A stretch of DNA of 64,000 nucleotides from Alphaproteobacteria bacterium (GTDB lineage: Bacteria; Pseudomonadota; Alphaproteobacteria; UBA828). Location: the NCBI GenBank assembly GCA_963667785.2, contig CAXXMU010000006.1, positions 160,001 to 224,000 on the forward strand, given 5' to 3'. Positions 49,603 through 57,668 of the stretch are shown piece after piece (position 1 is the first letter of the stretch; each line of letters opens with the position of its first letter). The notes under the pieces were generated by a model. That model was given only the letters and a program-made list of their open reading frames with translations, was not told where the DNA came from and made no database searches. The position numbers and the translations under genes are program-made.

Positions 49603-49966
49603 CACAGGGCTCCCAGGTAGATCATCTCGGCGGCCACGAAGAGTGCCACACCCCAGAAGCGGACCTCGCCGGGCGTGAGCCATCGCTTGCGTGTGTTCCA
49701 GATTCCCAGAAGAAACTGAAACGGCGCGCAGACGGCAAAAACGATGATGTGCTCCAGCACGGCCGGGCCTACGGAGTGTTCTTGTTCGCCCGGAGGACAA
49801 ACAGGAACGGCACGCTCGCGATCAGCGGGAAGGCGAACAGGCCGATCGGCACGACGATGAAAGGCGAAATGTCGGCCTCGATCATCGCGCCGCAGCCGAC
49901 GACGACCATGAAAGAATAGAGAACTGCCCAAAGTGAGGCGCGAAGGTTGGGGCGATCGAGAGGCAT
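49602..49966 (-). pseudogene. Small membrane protein split by an apparent frameshift
   Basis: GAGG RBS + MPLDRPNLRASLWAVLYSF..LRANKN ends at TAG 49769; a hydrophobic continuation HSVGPAVLEHIIVF..MIYLGAL in another frame ends at the ATPase start; 365 nt span. Confidence 0.55.
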
Positions 49967-50279
49967 GTTGCGAGCACCTCGCCCGGTGCGGCTCGGCGTG
50001 CCGGCGGGCGCTTGTTCGGCCGCGCCGACCATAGCATCGGACCCTTGTACGGTATACCGCCACGGCTCGGACGCCCCACGGAACACCTCGCCGCCGCATC
50101 GTGCGTTGCTACGCTGCCCCCCACCGGCCTCCCTGTGCCCGACGGACAGAGACCTGAGCTCATTTCCGCCAGGGCGCGCCAGTTGTCCGTGGAGTCCGGC
50201 AAGAGGATGAACACGGTCGAGGCCGTGCATCAGGCGCCCGCCGGCGGCGCGCGCGACGCGCAGGACACGGAGTCCAGGC

Positions 50280-50394
50280 GGGATTCGGCGGGACGGGCGG
50301 GATTATCCCAGGTCTCCATCCCAAGACCCCCCGAGGCGGGATTCGCCGGGATAGCAAGGGATTCCGTTGGGATATCGGGGCGGGTTTCCGGGAT
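50280..50394. repeat. Helically phased GGGAT pentamer array with central palindrome
   Basis: GGGAT/GGGAC at 50280, 50290, 50299, 50338, 50348, 50358, 50369, 50390; inverted ATCCC at 50305 and 50318. Confidence 0.7.
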
Positions 50395-50527
50395 GAAGCC
50401 TGCGATCGCGAGATGGCGTCGGGCGACGTGCCCCCTCGCCCCGTCTGACCCGATCCGTTCGTTCACGCGCTGCATGGCGCGATCGTCGCACCCGCGCCCA
50501 GCGCCGTGCACCGCGCAATGGTCCGGG

Positions 50528-50606
50528 GTGTCGCTCGCGCCCGAAGGGTCGCGAGCGCGGAAGAAGAGTCCGCGCCCGAGGGATCGCGAGCGCGAGAGAA
50601 GAGTCC
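50528..50606. repeat. GC-rich hairpin repeat (copy 2 of 2), tandemly duplicated
   Basis: GTGTCGCTCGCGCCCGAAGGGTCGCGAGCGCGGAAGAAGAGTC followed by CGCGCCCGAGGGATCGCGAGCGCGAGAGAAGAGTC. Confidence 0.75.
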
Positions 50607-50638
50607 CTCGCGCCCGCAGGAGCCGCGGAAGCGGGACG

Positions 50639-51694
50639 CTAGATTCGGAGGCGCTCTCTCGTGATGGCGATGAGACGCGCCATGCCGTGCGGCTCGAGGA
50701 TCAGGATCACGATGATGAGGCCGCCGAAGATGATCACCTCGATGTGCTTGGCGAGGTCGACGGCCAGGTCGATGCCGAGGATCGGGTTCAGGTTGGTGAG
50801 GAAGATCGGCAGGATGGTGATGAAGGCGGCGCCGATGATGGAGCCGGAGATCGAGCCGAGGCCGCCCACGATGATCATGAAGAGCACGAGGAAGGAGACG
50901 TTGACGTCGAAGGCGATGGTCTCGGCGCTGCCTAGGTAGAGGAAGACGAAGAGCGCGCCGGCGACGCCGCAGAGGTAGGAGCTCACGCCGAAGGCGAGCA
51001 GCTTGGTGCGGAGCAGCGGGATGCCGACGATCTCGGCGGCCACGTCCATGTCGCGTACAGCCATCCAGGCGCGGCCGAAGCGGCTCCGCATCAGATTCCA
51101 GGAGAAGAAGACGAAGACCGCCAGCAAGACGAGCGCCACCAGATAGCGCACCTCGGCAGCGGCCTCGGGGCCTGTGATCATGACGCCGGCGAAAGTGCGG
51201 GGCGGCGCCGTGATCGTGCCCGACGGGTTGTCGTTGTAGAACCACGGCACCCGGTTGAAGAGCCAGATCAGGAAGAACTGCGCGGCCAGCGTCGCCACCG
51301 CCAGGTAGAAGCCCTTGATGCGCAGGCTCGGCAGACCGAAGAGGATGCCGACGCCGGCGGCGAAGAAGCCCGAGATGAAGAAGACGGCGATGATGTCGAG
51401 CCCGGGCCACGCGGTCGTCATCTTGAAGGCGGCATAGGCGCCGACGGCCATGAACCCGCCGGTGCCGAGGGAGAGCTGGCCGGCGAAGCCGGTGAGCAGA
51501 TTGAGCCCCAGCGCCGCGAGCGCGAAGATCAGGAACGGGATCAGGATCGCCTGGAGCCAGTACTCGTTCGCCAGCGTCGGCACGGCGAAGAGCGCGAGCA
51601 GCGAGATCACGGTCACGAAGACCGTGTTGATCGTGCGCGAGCGGGTCGCGAAGAAGGTGGCGTAGAGGTCTGTCAAATGAGTGAGCACGGTCAC
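50639..51694 (-). CDS. LivM-like ABC permease
   Basis: LGLNLLTGFAGQLSLG, LRIKGFYLAVATLA, GRAWMAVRDMD, IVGGLGS. Confidence 0.9.
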   Translation of the reverse strand: MTVLTHLTDLYATFFATRSRTINTVFVTVISLLALFAVPTLANEYWLQAILIPFLIFALAALGLNLLTGFAGQLSLGTGGFMAVGAYAAFKMTTAWPGLDIIAVFFISGFFAAGVGILFGLPSLRIKGFYLAVATLAAQFFLIWLFNRVPWFYNDNPSGTITAPPRTFAGVMITGPEAAAEVRYLVALVLLAVFVFFSWNLMRSRFGRAWMAVRDMDVAAEIVGIPLLRTKLLAFGVSSYLCGVAGALFVFLYLGSAETIAFDVNVSFLVLFMIIVGGLGSISGSIIGAAFITILPIFLTNLNPILGIDLAVDLAKHIEVIIFGGLIIVILILEPHGMARLIAITRERLRI

Positions 51695-52629
51695 ACCCGC
51701 TCGATGATCTTCTCGCCGAACAGGCCCTGGGGCCGGAACATGAGGACCAGCATCGCCAGCATGTAGGCGAACCAGTTCTCGATCGCGCCGCCGATCACCG
51801 GGCCCCAGTAGACCTCGGCGATCTTCTCGCCGAGCCCGATGATGAGTCCGCCGACGATGGCGCCGGGAACAGAGGTGAGCCCGCCCAGGATGAGCACGGG
51901 CAGCGCCTTCAGCGCGATCAGCGAGAGGCTGAACTGCACGCCGCTCTTCGCCCCCCACATGATGCCGGCGACGATGGCGACGATGCCGGCCACCGACCAG
52001 ACGATGATCCAGATGGTCCTGAGCGAGATCCCGAGGGAGAGCGCGGCCTGCGGATCGTCGGCCACGGCCCGGAGCGCGCGCCCCATGGGCGTGTGCTGGA
52101 AGAGCAGCGCCAGCGCCGCCACCAGCACCGCCGCCACCAGCGCGGCGATGAGGTCGAATTCGTTGAGCAGCATGCCGCCGACGTCGACCGGCGAATTCGG
52201 GATGCCGAGGTCGAGCGCCTTCACGTTCGAGCCCCAGGCCCACTCGCCGGCGCCTTCGAGCAGGAAGCTCAGACCGATGGTCGCCATGAAGAGCGTGATC
52301 GGCGGCTGGTTGATCAGCGGGCGCAGCATCCCGCGCTCGATCGCGAAGGCGAGCCCGACCATGACGATCGCCGTGACCGGCAACGCGCCCCAGATCGGCA
52401 GGCCATGCTCTATCAGTCCCACCAGGGTCAGCGCCGCGAACAGCACCATCGCGCCCTGCGCGAAGTTGAACACCTGCGAGGCCTTGAAGATGAGCACGAA
52501 GCCGAGCGCCACCAGCGAGTACATCACGCCGGTGAGCAGGCCGGAGACCGCGACCTCGGCCAGGAAGATCGGGAAGTCGATCATGTCGAGGAAGGGTGCG
52601 ACGAAGAAGTCCCAGAGAAACTCCATCAC
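51691..52629 (-). CDS. LivH-like ABC permease
   Basis: FNFAQG, GRALRAVADD, LILGGLTS, RPQGLFGEKIIERV. Confidence 0.9.
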   Translation of the reverse strand: MMEFLWDFFVAPFLDMIDFPIFLAEVAVSGLLTGVMYSLVALGFVLIFKASQVFNFAQGAMVLFAALTLVGLIEHGLPIWGALPVTAIVMVGLAFAIERGMLRPLINQPPITLFMATIGLSFLLEGAGEWAWGSNVKALDLGIPNSPVDVGGMLLNEFDLIAALVAAVLVAALALLFQHTPMGRALRAVADDPQAALSLGISLRTIWIIVWSVAGIVAIVAGIMWGAKSGVQFSLSLIALKALPVLILGGLTSVPGAIVGGLIIGLGEKIAEVYWGPVIGGAIENWFAYMLAMLVLMFRPQGLFGEKIIERV

Positions 52630-53453
52630 TCGTCGTCCTCGGTCGCGACGCCCAGGTAGGCGTCGATCACGGCCTGGTCGTTGCGCACCTCCTCCGGCGT
52701 GCCGTCGGCGATCTTGCGGCCGTAGTCGAGCACGACGATGTGGTCGGAGAGCTCCATGACGACGCTCATGTCGTGCTCGATCAGGGCCATCGTCGTGCCG
52801 AAGCGCGCCTTGGTCTCGAGGATGAAGCGGCTCATCTCGGCCTTCTCGCCCCGGTTCATCCCGGCCATGGGCTCGTCGAGCAGGAGCAGGTCGGGCTCGG
52901 CCGCGAGCGCGCGGGCGAGCTCCACCCGCTTCTGCAGGCCGTAGGGCAGGCGCCCCACCGGCACGTTGCGGATGTCCTCGATCTCGAGGAACCCGATGAC
53001 CTCGTCGGCGGCGGCGCGGTGGCGCGCTTCCTCCGTCCGCGACGGCCCCGCCGGCAGCAGGCAGGCCACGAAATTGCTGTGCATCTTGAGGTTGCGGCCG
53101 GCCATGACGTTGTCGAGCGTGCTCATGCCCTTGAACAGCGCGACGTTCTGAAAGGTCCGCGCCATGCCCTCCATGGCGGCAACGCGCGGGCGCATCTTGC
53201 GGCGCGTGCGCCCCTTGAAGGTGATCGTGCCCTCGGTCGGCTGGTAGGCGCCGTTCAGCACGTTGAGCATGGAAGTCTTGCCGGCGCCGTTGGGCCCGAT
53301 GATCGCGCAGATCTCGCCGGCGTAGATGGTGAACTCGACCCCGGCGAGCGCCTGGACGCCGCCGAAGCGCAGCGTGATGCCGTCCACGCTGAGCAGCGGC
53401 TCGCCCGGCGCGGGGAGGCCGGTCGTCGCGTCAGCCTGCACGGCCGCCTTCAT
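52626..53453 (-). CDS. LivG-like ABC ATP-binding protein
   Basis: GPNGAGKT, LPYGLQKRVE, IEHDM, IDAYLG. Confidence 0.9.
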   Translation of the reverse strand: MKAAVQADATTGLPAPGEPLLSVDGITLRFGGVQALAGVEFTIYAGEICAIIGPNGAGKTSMLNVLNGAYQPTEGTITFKGRTRRKMRPRVAAMEGMARTFQNVALFKGMSTLDNVMAGRNLKMHSNFVACLLPAGPSRTEEARHRAAADEVIGFLEIEDIRNVPVGRLPYGLQKRVELARALAAEPDLLLLDEPMAGMNRGEKAEMSRFILETKARFGTTMALIEHDMSVVMELSDHIVVLDYGRKIADGTPEEVRNDQAVIDAYLGVATEDDE

Positions 53454-54267
53454 CCGCAGGCTGGGCGGTGGCGTGCGAGAGACCCAGATAGTGCTCTCTC
53501 ACGGCCGGGTTGCCGTGGAGCTCCGCCGCCGAGCCCTCCAGGGCGATCTGGCCGCTTTCCAGGATGTAGCCGTAGCCGGCCACGCCGAGGGCCATGTTGG
53601 CGTTCTGCTCGGCAAGCAGGAAGGTGACCCCCTCCTCCTCGTTGAGCTGGCGGACCTCCGAGAAGATCCGGGCGACCACCTGCGGCGCCAGGCCCATGGA
53701 GGGCTCGTCCAGCAAGACCATGGCGGGCCGCGACATCAGCGCCCGGCCGATGGCGAGCATCTGCTGCTCCCCGCCCGAGATGAAGCCCGCGAGGATGCGC
53801 CGCCGCTCGCCAAGCGCAGGGAAGTGTCCGTAGACCCGCTCCAGGTCGGACCGCACCGCCGCCTTGCCGTCCTTCCTGGTATAGGAGCCGGTCAGCAGGT
53901 TCTCGTGCACCGTGAGGTGGGGGAAGCAGCGGCGCCCCTCCATCACCTGGATGATGCCGCGGCGCACGAGGTCGCCCGGCGCGAGCTTGTCGATGCGCTC
54001 GCCCCGGAAGTGGATCTCGCCCCCGGTGATGTCGCCCCGCTCCACCCGCAGCAGGTTGGAGATCGCCTTGAGCGTGGTGGTCTTGCCGGCGCCGTTCGGC
54101 CCCAGCAGGGCGACGATCGCTCCTTCGGGAACCGTAATGGAGACGCCGCGCAGGACCGAGATCACATGGTCGTAGACGACCTCGACCGAGTCGAGCCGCA
54201 AGAGAGCCTCAGGGGCGGCGACCGCGTCGCCGCCGCCCCCGGCCGGACTCTCCAATGGAACCGTCAC
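53431..54267 (-). CDS. LivF-like ABC ATP-binding protein
   Basis: GPNGAGKT, ISGGEQQM, LDEPSMGLAP, AEQNA. Confidence 0.9.
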   Translation of the reverse strand: MTVPLESPAGGGGDAVAAPEALLRLDSVEVVYDHVISVLRGVSITVPEGAIVALLGPNGAGKTTTLKAISNLLRVERGDITGGEIHFRGERIDKLAPGDLVRRGIIQVMEGRRCFPHLTVHENLLTGSYTRKDGKAAVRSDLERVYGHFPALGERRRILAGFISGGEQQMLAIGRALMSRPAMVLLDEPSMGLAPQVVARIFSEVRQLNEEEGVTFLLAEQNANMALGVAGYGYILESGQIALEGSAAELHGNPAVREHYLGLSHATAQPADEGGRAG

Positions 54268-55628
54268 ATCTCCTGCGAGCAGTCGCGCGGGGTGATGTTG
54301 TTCTCCTCCGCGTACTGGGCCGCAGCAGCCTCGATCATCGGACGCACGACATCCTGCATCGGCTCGATCCAGTCGCTGACGATGTTCCAGGCCGAACCGT
54401 CCCACTGCTGGATGATCACCGGGCCGTTGCCCTCGTGGTCCTCGCAGGTGATCTTCACCGGCGGGGTGAAGCCGGCGAGGCCGAGCTCGGCCAGCCGCGC
54501 GTCGGTCAGGTCGAGGTTCTCCAGGCCCCAGCGCACCTCGGCGCCGGTCAGCGCCCGGTTGCCGTACTTGGCCTGGGCGGTGCGGATCGCCTCGGTGGTG
54601 TAGACGGAGCTGAGGAGCCCGCGATTGTAGAGCACCTCGCCGAAGTTCTTCTCCGCCGCCGCCGCCGAGTCGCCGCCGTAGAGGCTTGCCAGGATCTCGT
54701 CGTGAAGCGCGAAGCCCGCGCCCGGCGAGTGGAAGGAGCCGCCGCGATAGCCGATGGCATCGTCGCCAGCAGGCACCACGTCGGACTCGCTCGACGACCA
54801 CCAGACGCCGATCAGCTTCTCCATGTCATAGGCGATGGCCGCGGCCTCCTTGAGCGCCACCTGGTTCATCACGCCCCAGCCCCAGAGGAAGGTCCAGTCG
54901 GGCCTGATCTTGCGGATCTGCAGCCAGGTCGCCCGCTGCTCCTGCCCCGGATGGTCGACCGGAAGCAGCTCGAGCGTGTAGCCGAGCTTCTCCGCCAGCA
55001 CCTGGAGGGTCGGGATCGGCTCCTTGCCGTAGGGGCTGTTGTGGTAGATCAGCGCGATCGTCTTGCCCGCGAGCTGATCCATGCCGCCTTCCTGCGCGCC
55101 CACGAACTTGATGAAGGCCGAGGCCTGGCTCCAGTAGGTGGTGGGGAAGGTGAAGGTCCACGGGAAGATGCGCCCGTCGGACGCCGCCGTCTGCCCGTAA
55201 CCCATCGAATGCACCGGAATCTCGTCGACCGGCGCTCTCGGGTTGAGCTGATAGGTCACGCCGGTGGACAGCGGCATCACGATCGACGCCCCCGTCGTCC
55301 CCTGGTTCTTGAGGCGCTCGTAGCACTCGACGCCGAGCTTGGTGTCGTAGCGGTACTCGCACTCCTCGAAGGCGAGCTTGACGCCGTTGATTCCGCCGTC
55401 CCGTTCGTTGATCAGCGTGTAGTAGTCGAGCGCGCCGTTCGCCGCCGGAATGCCGTTGGGCGCGTATGGACCCGTCCGGTAAACGAGCAGGGGAATGAAC
55501 TGCTCGTCGGCCGCCTGGACCTCACCGCTGGTGAGGGTCGTCGTGGCTGCCGCCGCGAGACCGCCGGCGACAACCGCCGCGGCCAGAGCGCCGCTCACGC
55601 CGCGGCGAAATACGTTCTTGAGTTCCAT
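54264..55628 (-). CDS. HAAT-family ABC substrate-binding protein
   Basis: Signal peptide; YRTGPYAPNG, INERDGGINGV, GVECYERLK, YGKEPI, TCEDHEG. Confidence 0.88.
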   Translation of the reverse strand: MELKNVFRRGVSGALAAAVVAGGLAAAATTTLTSGEVQAADEQFIPLLVYRTGPYAPNGIPAANGALDYYTLINERDGGINGVKLAFEECEYRYDTKLGVECYERLKNQGTTGASIVMPLSTGVTYQLNPRAPVDEIPVHSMGYGQTAASDGRIFPWTFTFPTTYWSQASAFIKFVGAQEGGMDQLAGKTIALIYHNSPYGKEPIPTLQVLAEKLGYTLELLPVDHPGQEQRATWLQIRKIRPDWTFLWGWGVMNQVALKEAAAIAYDMEKLIGVWWSSSESDVVPAGDDAIGYRGGSFHSPGAGFALHDEILASLYGGDSAAAAEKNFGEVLYNRGLLSSVYTTEAIRTAQAKYGNRALTGAEVRWGLENLDLTDARLAELGLAGFTPPVKITCEDHEGNGPVIIQQWDGSAWNIVSDWIEPMQDVVRPMIEAAAAQYAEENNITPRDCSQEM

Positions 55629-55906
55629 TTCCTTGCCTCCCGCGTCAGGACCGAGCGTCCCCCGCGGGCACGCCCATCGTTCCCGGCAGCAAACCTAGCA
55701 CGGAGAAACGGCCTCGACCATGCCGTGAAACTACGTATTCGGCAGACGGGCACGGCGGCGCAAACCACGGCCCTGTCGCGATTTCGCGAGATCGCCGGCA
55801 AAAGGGACGACGGCCGAACGCAAAGGGGCGCGAGCCCTGCGGCCCGCGCCTCCGCTCCTGTGCCGCAGCCGCGGGGCGATCCCGCGGGAGCGGCCGATCA
55901 GGCCTC

Positions 55907-56359
55907 TCAGGCGGCCTTGCTGTCGAGCCGCTTGCGGCCGCCGGTCGCGATGGCGATCTTGCGCGGCTTCAGCGCCTCGGGCAGCTCGCGCACCAGGTCG
56001 ATGTGCAGCAGCCCCTTGTCGAGCGCAGCGCCCGTCACCTGGATATGGTCGGCCAGGTTGTAGCGCCGCTCGAAGGCGCGGGTGGCGATCCCCCGGTGGA
56101 GGTAGCTCTCATTCGCCCCGTTCTCCCTGGCGAGCTTGCCCGTGACGGTGAGCAGGTTCTCCTTGACCTCGACCGCGATCTCGTCCTCGCCGAAGCCGGC
56201 GACGGCGAGCGTCACGCGATAGGCGTTCTCACCGGTCTTCTGGATGTTGTAGGGCGGATAGGAGGGTGCCGTCTCGCTCGGCATCTGCTCGAGCAGCCGC
56301 GCCATCCGGTCGAAACCGACGGTGGTGCTGAAGAGCGGGGAAAGATCGAATGCACGCAT
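55907..56359 (-). CDS. ibpA: Small heat-shock protein Hsp20 (IbpA-like)
   Basis: FDLSPLF..GFDR, SYPPYNI, LAVAGF, YLHRGIA, GLLHIDL, PRKIAI. Confidence 0.92.
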   Translation of the reverse strand: MRAFDLSPLFSTTVGFDRMARLLEQMPSETAPSYPPYNIQKTGENAYRVTLAVAGFGEDEIAVEVKENLLTVTGKLARENGANESYLHRGIATRAFERRYNLADHIQVTGAALDKGLLHIDLVRELPEALKPRKIAIATGGRKRLDSKAA

Positions 56360-56460
56360 GGTGTGACTCCTTTCTCAAGCAAGTCTTCGGTGGTCCGCCG
56401 TCATGGCCGGACCGGTTCCATGCCCTGTCGGGGGCCCGTCCTGCGGCACCCCCTCGGGCA
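56360..56460 (-). promoter_or_regulatory. ROSE-type RNA thermometer in the hsp20 5' UTR
   Basis: 3' hairpin GACUUGCU-UGAGAA-AGGAGUC (56385-56365) places the U(U/C)GCU motif opposite the AGGA SD; further upstream GC hairpins. Confidence 0.8.
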
Positions 56461-56466
56461 CCCATG

Positions 56467-56495
56467 ACATGGTGAGTCAGGAAGGCGATTTCAAG
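56467..56495 (-). promoter_or_regulatory. RpoH (sigma-32) promoter
   Basis: CTTGAA-N17-CCATGT about 110 nt upstream of the hsp20 ATG. Confidence 0.75.
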
Positions 56496-56555
56496 GGTTG
56501 GCGCGGAGGGTAGCGGCGCTGGACCTGGGGGCGCCGGCAGGCAAGGCTGTGCGCC

Positions 56556-57494
56556 ATGGCGCATCATCCGGCCCCGCCCGGCGGCTCGACGCACGGCGTC
56601 CACGCCGCGGTCTTCGTCGCCATGTTCCTCATCTCGTTCGCCTATCCCGTGGGCGAGGCGATCGCCAACGAGCTGGACACCGGCGTGCTGCTCTTCCTCC
56701 GCTTCGCGCTCGCCGCTGCGCTCTTCGCGCCGCTGGTCGTCTGGCGCCACGGCCTCGCCTGGCCCGGCTGGCGGGCGCTCGGCGGCTATGCGGCGATCAG
56801 CCTCTCCCTCGTCGCCTTCTTCTGGTGCCTGTTCTACGGCCTGCGCACCACCAGCGCGCTCAACACCGGCGCCCTCTCGACGCTGATTCCCGGCCTCACG
56901 GCGATCGGCGGCGCCATCCTCGTGGGCGAGCGGCTGGGCTGGCACCGGCTCGCCGCGCTCGGCATGGGGCTGGTCGGCGCGCTCTGGGTGGTCTTCCGCG
57001 GCGACTGGGGGCGCTTCACCTCCCTCGACCTCAACGAGGGAGACCTGATCGTCTTCGCCGGCTGCGTCGCGATGGGCTTCTACAGCCCGCTGGTCAAGCG
57101 CTTCCACCGGGGCGAGCCGGTGATGGTGATGACCCTCTGGGTGGTGGCCATCAATGCGGTGTGGTGCCTGGTCATCGCCAACGCCGCGCTCGTGACCATG
57201 GACTGGGGCGCGGTGCCGCTCTTCGCCTATGGCGGCGTCGCCTACGTCGCGATCGGCTCCACTGTCGTGGCCTTCTTCCTGATGCAGTGGGGCACGATCC
57301 GGCTCGGCCCGACCCGCGTCCAGGCCTACAGCTACCTCCTGCCCGCTTTCGTGCTGGCGATCGACTGGGCGCTGGGCAAGGGCCTGCCGACGGCGATCAC
57401 CACGCCCGGCATCGTCATCGTCATCGCCGCGAGCCTGGTGATCCAGCGCGGCGAGGTCTTCGCCGGCCGCTCGGCGGGCGCCGCGCGCTCCTAG
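56556..57494 (+). CDS. DMT/EamA-family transporter
   Basis: About 10 TM segments in two EamA repeats; LFLRFALA, GLRTTSA, LGPTRV..YLLP. Confidence 0.85.
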   Translation: MAHHPAPPGGSTHGVHAAVFVAMFLISFAYPVGEAIANELDTGVLLFLRFALAAALFAPLVVWRHGLAWPGWRALGGYAAISLSLVAFFWCLFYGLRTTSALNTGALSTLIPGLTAIGGAILVGERLGWHRLAALGMGLVGALWVVFRGDWGRFTSLDLNEGDLIVFAGCVAMGFYSPLVKRFHRGEPVMVMTLWVVAINAVWCLVIANAALVTMDWGAVPLFAYGGVAYVAIGSTVVAFFLMQWGTIRLGPTRVQAYSYLLPAFVLAIDWALGKGLPTAITTPGIVIVIAASLVIQRGEVFAGRSAGAARS

Positions 57495-57668
57495 AGCGTA
57501 TCCGTCATTGACAGATACGCGACAGGCCGCGACTGCGGCCCGCCGCGCATGCGGCGCCCTCGCGGAGGCGCCAGCCGTCGCGCCGGCAGGCGCGCGGAAT
57601 CGCGGGACGGCTGGCTGCCGTGAGCGAAAAACAGATAGAGCGTTTCCGTGTCAAACGGAAACGCTCTA
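57492..57668 (+). mobile_element. RIME/MITE-like element whose two ends are the stop codons of two convergent genes
   Basis: TAGAGCGTATCCGTCATTGACAGATACG ... TAGAGCGTTTCCGTGTCAAACGGAAACGCTCTA; TAG 57492-4 ends the DMT gene and CTA 57666-8 ends the MFS gene. Confidence 0.82.

Noticed and set aside
50140-50240. Plus-strand peptide PELISARARQLSVESGKRMNTVEAVHQA, reminiscent of a phage head-protein C-terminus
   Set aside because: Too short, with no start or supporting phage genes; resemblance cannot be verified by eye
50280-50606. Possible CRISPR array in the repeat-rich non-coding region
   Set aside because: Repeats are 5-mers or two hairpin units with no constant repeat/spacer lengths; no cas genes in the window
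50639-50660. LivM ending at RERLRI* possibly truncated before a WPF-type tail
   Set aside because: At most a few residues; cannot be distinguished from natural variation
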